DNA of 64,000 nucleotides from Pseudomonadota bacterium (GTDB lineage: Bacteria; Bdellovibrionota_B; Oligoflexia; Oligoflexales; CAIYRB01), in assembly GCA_031416315.1 (NCBI GenBank), contig JANOTL010000188.1, positions 16,107 through 80,106 of the forward strand, given 5' to 3'. Of this stretch, positions 58,236 to 64,000 are shown piece by piece. The notes under the pieces are model-generated. The model searched no databases and was not told the DNA's origin. It saw only the letters and a program-made list of their open reading frames with translations. Within the stretch, counting starts at the first letter, position 1, and every line of letters begins with the position of its first letter. Made by a program: the position numbers and the translations under genes.

Positions 58236-58928
58236 TTAAGCGCCGAAACGCGCGCGGAATTCCTGCAGGATCGCGATGCTGGCGCTCGCGCCGATCCGGG
58301 TCGCGCCCGCCTCGATGAAGCTCAGCGCTTGGTCCAAGGTCTTCACGCCGCCCGAGGCTTTGACGCCGATCTTCGGCACGGCGAGGCCACGGTTCGGCTC
58401 GGCCATGATCTCGAGATCGCGGACCGAGGCGCCGCGCGGGCCGAAGCCGGTGCTCGTTTTCACGAACGCGGCGCCGAGGTCGACGCACCAGCCGGTGAGC
58501 TCGCGGATGTGCGCCTCGTCGAGGTAGGCCGTCTCGAAGATGACCTTGACCGGCGTCTTGCCGGCCGCGCGCACCACGGCCGCGATGTCGTGCTTCGCCG
58601 CCGCCTTCTCGCCGCCTAAGTAGCAACCGACGTTGATCACCATGTCGAGCTCGCGCGCGCCGTCGCCGACCGCGCGCAGGGTCTCGTCGATCTTCACGTC
58701 CGTACGGTTGGCGCCGAGCGGGAAACCAACGACAGCCATGGCTGCGAGGTCGGTCTCCGCCAGCTCCTTTGCGGCGAGGGCGATGTGACAAGGGTTGACG
58801 CACACGCCGGCGAACTGGAATTCGCGCGCCTCGGCGCAAAGCTTCCGCACGGCGGCCGGCGTCGCGTCCGCCTTCAGCAACGTGTGGTCGAAGAGCCGCG
58901 CGAAAGCGGCGGGCGTCATGTCGTTCAT
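58236..58928 (-). CDS. deoC: Deoxyribose-phosphate aldolase
   Basis: DHTLLK, VVGFPLG, ELDMVIN, KVIFET, FVKTSTGF, KASGG, RIGAS. Confidence 0.97.
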   Translation of the reverse strand: MNDMTPAAFARLFDHTLLKADATPAAVRKLCAEAREFQFAGVCVNPCHIALAAKELAETDLAAMAVVGFPLGANRTDVKIDETLRAVGDGARELDMVINVGCYLGGEKAAAKHDIAAVVRAAGKTPVKVIFETAYLDEAHIRELTGWCVDLGAAFVKTSTGFGPRGASVRDLEIMAEPNRGLAVPKIGVKASGGVKTLDQALSFIEAGATRIGASASIAILQEFRARFGA

Positions 58929-58944
58929 CGGGTCACCTCGAAAA

Positions 58945-60186
58945 TCAGCGGGTGGGCGTCAGCGGCACGAGCGCGCTCTGCAGCAACGCTCCGGTGCGCG
59001 TCGCGAACTCCTGGCCCGAGAAGATCCCGAGCTCGGCGCTCGCTGCGTAGCGGCCACGCAAGCGGACCGCGTCCGGACCGACGCCCTCGTGGACGAAGGC
59101 CCCGATCCACCACCACCTTCCCATGCGGTCCGCGGCCTGGCACCAGGAAAGCGTGCCTTGCGGCTGGGTCTCGCCATAGAAATCCTTGACGATGCGGATC
59201 GGGCTCGTGCCCGAAGAGGCCGCGCCGGCGCAGGTCGCGGCCTCGCCCATCGCGGCTTCGGCCGGGTCTTCGTCCTCGGCCGCGTCGAACGCCGCGACGA
59301 TCAGCCGTTCGCCGGCTCCGCGCACGATCTCGACGTGATTGCGCGGCTGGGGCGTCGCGTAACTCTCCACGACCTCGACCCGGTTCGGCGTCGCTTCGCA
59401 GTATGTCCGCGCCGGCACGGGTCCCGAGGCGGCGACGTCGACCTGGCGCTCGAACGAGCGCTTGCAGGTCTCGCCTGCGAACGCCGAGCCGAGGCCGTCG
59501 AGGCGCCAAAGGATCTGGAGGCGCCCGTTGTAGGTTCGATCACTCGAATAGCTCGCGACCGAAGCGTCGGTCGGCACGACGAGGCCGTAGAAGCCGCCCA
59601 ATTGCATCGACCGCTGAAAGGCGTCGCCGCCGCCAGCGACCGGCAGCTCCCCCGCCGTCACCGGCAGGGCGCCGCCCGGCTCGGCGCCGGCGTTCAAGTC
59701 GACGACGAAGGCGATCGTCAGCGGCGAGGCGTCGCGCTCGCCGAGCGCGCTCCTGGCGCGCACGGTCAGCTGGTGCGTCGAGCCGTGCGCCATGCCCGAG
59801 AACGCGTGATGATCGCCCTCGGGACAGTCGCGAAACTCCCGGGCGCCTTCGATGCGGCATTCGAAACGGGCGTTCGCGACGTTGGCGCGAAACCGTAGCG
59901 TCAGGTCGCGCGCCTTCAAGCGATCGGGAGGTGTGCTGCCGCTCACCAGAAAGGTCTCTAGGGGCACGCTGCGCGCCGGCGGCAGCTCGACAGACGGCAG
60001 TGGCGCCGGAGCCGGAGCGGGAGCCGGAGCGAGGGGTGGCGCCGGCGGCTCAGGGCGCGCTTGCGCCAGCCTCGACATCCGGTCGTCGCCGACCCTTTTT
60101 GCGACCTGACGACGCTGCGTCTCCACCGCGCCACAGCTGGCGACGGCCATCGACACGATCAGGGCGCTGAGGATTCTAAGCTTCAT
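58945..60186 (-). CDS. Hypothetical lipoprotein with Pro-rich linker and Ig/FN3-like module
   Basis: Lipobox VASC, (PA)n linker, FECRIEG..C...HQLTVRARSALG. Confidence 0.75.
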   Translation of the reverse strand: MKLRILSALIVSMAVASCGAVETQRRQVAKRVGDDRMSRLAQARPEPPAPPLAPAPAPAPAPLPSVELPPARSVPLETFLVSGSTPPDRLKARDLTLRFRANVANARFECRIEGAREFRDCPEGDHHAFSGMAHGSTHQLTVRARSALGERDASPLTIAFVVDLNAGAEPGGALPVTAGELPVAGGGDAFQRSMQLGGFYGLVVPTDASVASYSSDRTYNGRLQILWRLDGLGSAFAGETCKRSFERQVDVAASGPVPARTYCEATPNRVEVVESYATPQPRNHVEIVRGAGERLIVAAFDAAEDEDPAEAAMGEAATCAGAASSGTSPIRIVKDFYGETQPQGTLSWCQAADRMGRWWWIGAFVHEGVGPDAVRLRGRYAASAELGIFSGQEFATRTGALLQSALVPLTPTR

Positions 60187-60193
60187 GTCTCGG

Positions 60194-60222
60194 ATTCTAT
60201 AGAATTATAGAGATTCTATCAA
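60194..60222 (-). promoter_or_regulatory. Sigma70-type promoter giving a leaderless transcript
   Basis: Minus strand TTGATA-N17-TAGAAT-N7-ATG(60186); no SD. Confidence 0.7.
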
Positions 60223-60249
60223 TGTTAATGATAGTTCCCCCCACCTACC

Positions 60250-61359
60250 CTACTTCAGCAAAGCCAATTGAGTCTCTTTGCTAAATAAATACAAGTGCTT
60301 GGAGCGAAACTCCAGTCGAATGGCCTCGCCGCGCTTCGGACGATGCGGCGCTGGCAGGCTGACGTGGACCTCGTGCCCCTTCATATCGCAGAGGACCGAG
60401 GTCGAGGGGCCTAGGAGCTCGGTGACGACGACCTTAGCTTCCCATGCCGCACCCGCGGCACCGCCGCCTTCGTCGGCCACGCGTAGGTTCTCGGCGCGCA
60501 GGCCCCAAAGGACCTTGCCTTTGGGCTCCCCGGCGCGCACCTGCGCCTGAAACTCTTCCGGGATGCGGAACTCGAGCCCCCCGTCGGAGCGAAAGATGAG
60601 CTTGTTGTTTTGCTCGAGAATCGTCCCCTCGATCAGGTTCATCGGCGGCGAGCCGATGAAGGTCGCCACGAAGACGTTGCTCGGGTGGTAGTAGAGCTGC
60701 AGCGGCGTGCCCATCTGCTGGATACGCCCGCCCTCGAGCACGATGATCCGGTCGGCCAGGGTCATCGCCTCGATCTGATCGTGCGTGACGTAGACGACGG
60801 TCGCGTTCAGCTCGCGGTGAAGCTTCGCGATGGTGATCCGCATACTGCCGCGGAGCTTGGCATCGAGGTTCGACAAGGGCTCGTCGAACAGGAACACCTT
60901 CGGATCGCGCACGATGGCGCGGCCGATGGCGACCCGCTGTCTTTGGCCGCCGGAAAGGGCTCCCGGTTTCCGCTGGAGGTACGGCACGAGGTCGAGCTTC
61001 GCCGCGGCATCCTTCACGAGCCGATCGATCTTTTCCTCCGGGAAGCGCCGGATGCGCAGGCCGAAGGCGATGTTCTCGTAAACGGACTTGTGCGGATAGA
61101 GGGCGTAGTCCTGGAACACCATGGCGATGTCTCGATCTTTCGGCGGGACGTGCGTGACGTCGCGCGTGCCGATCTTGATCGTGCCGCCGCTCACCGTCTC
61201 CAGACCGGCCACCGAGCGCAGCATCGTCGACTTGCCGCAGCCCGATGGCCCGACGAGCACGATGAACTCCCCGGGTGTTACCTCGAAGGAGATGTTGTTC
61301 AGGACGGCCTTGTCGCCGTAAGACTTGAGCACGTTGGTTATGGTAAGTGACTCGGCCAT
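60250..61359 (-). CDS. malK: Sugar ABC transporter ATP-binding protein (MalK/MsmX type)
   Basis: GPSGCGKST, VFQDYALYPH, LSGGQRQR, DEPLSNLDAKLR. ATG 61359 overlaps the malG TAA. Confidence 0.93.
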   Translation of the reverse strand: MAESLTITNVLKSYGDKAVLNNISFEVTPGEFIVLVGPSGCGKSTMLRSVAGLETVSGGTIKIGTRDVTHVPPKDRDIAMVFQDYALYPHKSVYENIAFGLRIRRFPEEKIDRLVKDAAAKLDLVPYLQRKPGALSGGQRQRVAIGRAIVRDPKVFLFDEPLSNLDAKLRGSMRITIAKLHRELNATVVYVTHDQIEAMTLADRIIVLEGGRIQQMGTPLQLYYHPSNVFVATFIGSPPMNLIEGTILEQNNKLIFRSDGGLEFRIPEEFQAQVRAGEPKGKVLWGLRAENLRVADEGGGAAGAAWEAKVVVTELLGPSTSVLCDMKGHEVHVSLPAPHRPKRGEAIRLEFRSKHLYLFSKETQLALLK

Positions 61360-62210
61360 TAGCCCTTCACGCCCCCCAAAGTGAGCCCGCTCAGGAGCCA
61401 CTTCGATGAATAGAGGAAAACGACCATCACCGGGACGGTGACGGCGATGGACGCGGCCGCGAAAACGCCCCAGCGAGCGCTGAAGTCGCCTTGCAGCTCG
61501 AAGATCCCGAGCGGCCACGTGTAGAGCTCGGTCGTCTGGATGATGACGCGCGCGACGATGTACTCGTTCCAGGCCTGGGTGATGCTGTAGAGCATCGCGA
61601 TCGCCAGAGAAGGCGTCGACAGCGGCAGGACGATCTTCCAGAAGCTGCCGACCTCGGTGAGGCCGTCGACCTGTGCCGCCTCCTCGAGGGAGCGCGGGAT
61701 CGTGTCGAAATAGCCCTTGAGGAGCCACACGCAAAACGGCAGCGTCGTCACGCTGTACGCGACGACGACCCCGGCATAGGTGTCGATGAGGTTCAGCCGC
61801 TTCAGCATGAAGTAGAGGGGCAAGAGCAGCATGACGACCGGGATCATCTGCGTCGCCATCAGGAAAACGAGGACGGACGAGCGCCCCGGAAAGCGGTAGC
61901 GACTGAGCGCGTAAGCAGCCGTCGCTGCCAGGCTGACGCCGATCGCCGCCGTCAGGATCGTGATGATCAGCGAGTTCAGAAGCCAACTGAAGAAGCCGGT
62001 CTGCGTGAACACCTCGACGTAGTTGGCGAAGGTCGCGTCGGCCGGCCAGAGCTCGAAGCTCGTTGAGAAGAGGCGGTCTCCTGGGCGCGCCGAGACCGCG
62101 AGGATGCGTAGCAACGGGAAGCCGCTGATGAGGCAGGCGCCCCAGAGGAGCAGATGCACCCACCAGGACTTCTTGAGGGCCGACCCCTCGCTTTCCGCCA
62201 TTTCGCTCAT
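61359..62210 (-). CDS. malG: Sugar ABC transporter permease (MalG type)
   Basis: KGYFDTIPRSLEEAAQVDG, GLTLGGVKG; ATGA overlap with malF. Confidence 0.9.
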   Translation of the reverse strand: MSEMAESEGSALKKSWWVHLLLWGACLISGFPLLRILAVSARPGDRLFSTSFELWPADATFANYVEVFTQTGFFSWLLNSLIITILTAAIGVSLAATAAYALSRYRFPGRSSVLVFLMATQMIPVVMLLLPLYFMLKRLNLIDTYAGVVVAYSVTTLPFCVWLLKGYFDTIPRSLEEAAQVDGLTEVGSFWKIVLPLSTPSLAIAMLYSITQAWNEYIVARVIIQTTELYTWPLGIFELQGDFSARWGVFAAASIAVTVPVMVVFLYSSKWLLSGLTLGGVKG

Positions 62211-63367
62211 GCGGTGGCGCTCTCCGTGCCGCGCGTCACTTTCATCCACACCAACGTGATGCCGATGAGGATCGCGAAGATCACCAGGGCGAACGCGGCC
62301 GAGAAGCTGTAGCGCGAGTAAGTGAACGCGCTCTTGTAGAGCGCGGAGACCAGGATGTCGGCGTGCTCGTTGCCGCCGTCTTGGCCCGTCATTAAGTAAA
62401 TGACGTTGATGTTGTTGAAAGTCCAAATCGTGCCGAGAGTGATGCTCGGCACGACCGTGGGCTTCAGCATTGGCAGCGTGATCTGGAAGAACTGCGTCAG
62501 CTTCGACGCGCCGTCGATCGAGGCGGCCTCATAATACGAGCGCGGGATCGACTGCAGCCCGCCCAGGAAGACGATCATCATAAAGGGGATGCCGAGCCAG
62601 ATGTTGACGATGCAGCACGACAGGAAGACCGCGATCGGATCGGACCACCAGTTGACGGGTCCGAAGCCCACGAGCGAGATGATTTGGTTCACGAAGCCGA
62701 ACTGCGGGTGGAACTCGCCGCGCCAGGCTAAGACGGCGACGACTTGGGGCACGGCCCACGGCAGGATCAGGAGCGTCCGGTAGATGCCCTTCGCCGCGAG
62801 CTTGCGGTTTAAAAGCATGGCAAGCGCCAGACCGAAGCCGACGTGAAAGACGAGGTTGATCGCGGTCCAGATGAAGGTCCGGCCGAGAAGCTCCCAGAAC
62901 GTCGCCGTCTGGAGCGGCGAGGTGGTGAAGACGTTCTTGAAGTTGTCGAGGCCGACGAAGTTGAGATCGCCGCCGTCGAGCCATTTCGCGATCGAGTAGA
63001 GGTTCAGGTTCGCGAACGCGAGCCGGAACTCGAAGAAGAACGGGTAGACGATGAGGAGCGAGACGCCGATCAGGGCCGGCGCCATCATCATGATCGGGAT
63101 CCGGTGGCGGCCCTTCACGAGGTACTTGAAGATGGCGGCGACCAAGAACACGAGGGCGGCGGCGATCACGCCTGGAGGGCCCGGGTGACCGCTCGCGGCG
63201 ATCGCGCCCCATGCCGCGGCGGCGAGGACGAAGGTGGCGGGCCAGAAGAGACGATGCGCAAAGCGGTAGAGCGCGAGATACAGCAGGCCTTCGCACGCGG
63301 CGAGGATCCCGACCGTGATGCCCAGCCAATGACCGACTTGAATCAGAGCCCCAGTAACCGAACCCAC
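62207..63367 (-). CDS. malF: Sugar ABC transporter permease (MalF type)
   Basis: LPWAVP, NIWLGIPF, YEAASIDGA, FNNINVIY. Confidence 0.9.
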   Translation of the reverse strand: MGSVTGALIQVGHWLGITVGILAACEGLLYLALYRFAHRLFWPATFVLAAAAWGAIAASGHPGPPGVIAAALVFLVAAIFKYLVKGRHRIPIMMMAPALIGVSLLIVYPFFFEFRLAFANLNLYSIAKWLDGGDLNFVGLDNFKNVFTTSPLQTATFWELLGRTFIWTAINLVFHVGFGLALAMLLNRKLAAKGIYRTLLILPWAVPQVVAVLAWRGEFHPQFGFVNQIISLVGFGPVNWWSDPIAVFLSCCIVNIWLGIPFMMIVFLGGLQSIPRSYYEAASIDGASKLTQFFQITLPMLKPTVVPSITLGTIWTFNNINVIYLMTGQDGGNEHADILVSALYKSAFTYSRYSFSAAFALVIFAILIGITLVWMKVTRGTESATA

Positions 63368-63400
63368 CGCTTGACCGCCGTCTCAGGTACCGCAAAGAGC

Positions 63401-63427
63401 TACGCGGAAGCCCGAGGGCTCCCGCAT
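63401..63427 (-). promoter_or_regulatory. Intercistronic stem-loop between the binding-protein and permease genes
   Basis: TGCGGGAGCC-CTCG-GGCTTCCGCG with no U-tract, typical of mRNA-stabilising hairpins after SBP genes. Confidence 0.55.
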
Positions 63428-63440
63428 TGGTTATGGTAAG

Positions 63441-64000
63441 TTACTGCTTCATCTCTTTGATCTTGGTTTCGGCGTCCTTCTGCATCACGCCGGCGGCGGC
63501 GAGCGGCTCGGCGCGGCCGGCCATGACCGCCTGCAGCTGGGGGCGGATCGCGTCCCAGACGACGCGCATCTCGACTTCCATCGGCATCGGCTGGCCGTTG
63601 GCCATGGCGAGGTCAGTGGCTTTCAGGGTCGGGTTCGCGGCGATGATCGGGCTGCCGTCGAGCTCCTTGATCGAGGGAAGACGCTGGGTCTCCTTGACCA
63701 TCTGCTCCTGGACCGGCTTGGTGACGAGGTACTCGGCGAACTTCTTGGCCGCGTCGAGCTTCTCGCCTTTGACCTTCGCGTTGAAGAACAGGTACTTGCC
63801 CGAGATCATCGGGGCCATGAACTTGCCCGAGGCGCCGCTCTTCGGCAGGGGGGCGATGACGAGCTTGTCCTTGAGCGCGTCGCTGTACTTCTTCACTTCC
63901 CAGTCGCCGTTGATGATCATACCGACCTTGCCATCGACGAAGAGCGTGTCGGCGCAGGTGTAGTCGCAGTCCGGCGGGACGATCTTGTCTTTGAACTTGA
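63441..64000 (-). CDS. malE: Maltose/maltodextrin-type ABC substrate-binding protein (5' part outside window)
   Basis: DYTCADTLFVDGKVGMIINGDW and PMPMEVEMRVVW resemble the MalE C-terminal half. The frame is open to the window end. Confidence 0.85.
   Translation of the reverse strand, partial: KFKDKIVPPDCDYTCADTLFVDGKVGMIINGDWEVKKYSDALKDKLVIAPLPKSGASGKFMAPMISGKYLFFNAKVKGEKLDAAKKFAEYLVTKPVQEQMVKETQRLPSIKELDGSPIIAANPTLKATDLAMANGQPMPMEVEMRVVWDAIRPQLQAVMAGRAEPLAAAGVMQKDAETKIKEMKQ

Noticed and set aside
60194..60205. Palindrome ATTCTATAGAAT and recurrent TTCTA/TAGAA motifs (15510, 23182) as a shared operator
   Set aside because: They are more simply explained as TAGAAT -10 elements in AT-rich promoters, and the spacing is inconsistent between sites.
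60250..62163. Apparent 637-aa MalK with a long N-terminal extension (similar over-extensions for ettA, aroA, ihfB, M28, malG)
   Set aside because: The extensions are out-of-frame overlaps with upstream genes or intergenic run-ons; the true starts are the coupled or SD-led ATGs listed in features.

Overview
GC-rich, gene-dense bacterial chromosomal window. The gene content (stand-alone spdEFG1-type fusA, FHA/GltG-like protein, 7TM class III cyclase, many orphan lipoproteins) suggests Bdellovibrionota/Oligoflexia, but this is an inference. Housekeeping genes are the end of the bat operon (batB/C fusion, batD, batE) plus pyrE, fusA, ihfB, accA-aroA-cmk, purH, rarA, thrS-metG, degP-cca, ettA, topB, prs, sppA, deoC and a maltose-type ABC operon truncated at the right end. 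They are interspersed with secreted or lipoprotein proteases (S8, M1-like, C11-like, M28). I saw no tRNA, rRNA, CRISPR array or intact mobile element. The best candidates for novelty are: (1) an unannotated ~167-nt highly structured RNA at 35499-35665 with its own -10 element; (2) a putative sigma28-driven operon pairing a clostripain-like lipoprotein, which carries three tandem 10-aa peptide repeats between its catalytic His and Cys, with a 7TM adenylate cyclase; (3) sigma28-type promoters in front of non-flagellar genes, one followed by a structured GGA-loop leader; (4) a lone serine resolvase with a res site I-like palindrome; (5) a duplicated M1 enzyme/pseudoenzyme; (6) a double-headed Kazal-loop-like lipoprotein; (7) a cca gene that appears to need a CTG start; (8) a 59-aa gene missed by the ORF track. 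All family assignments come from recalled motifs, not database searches.
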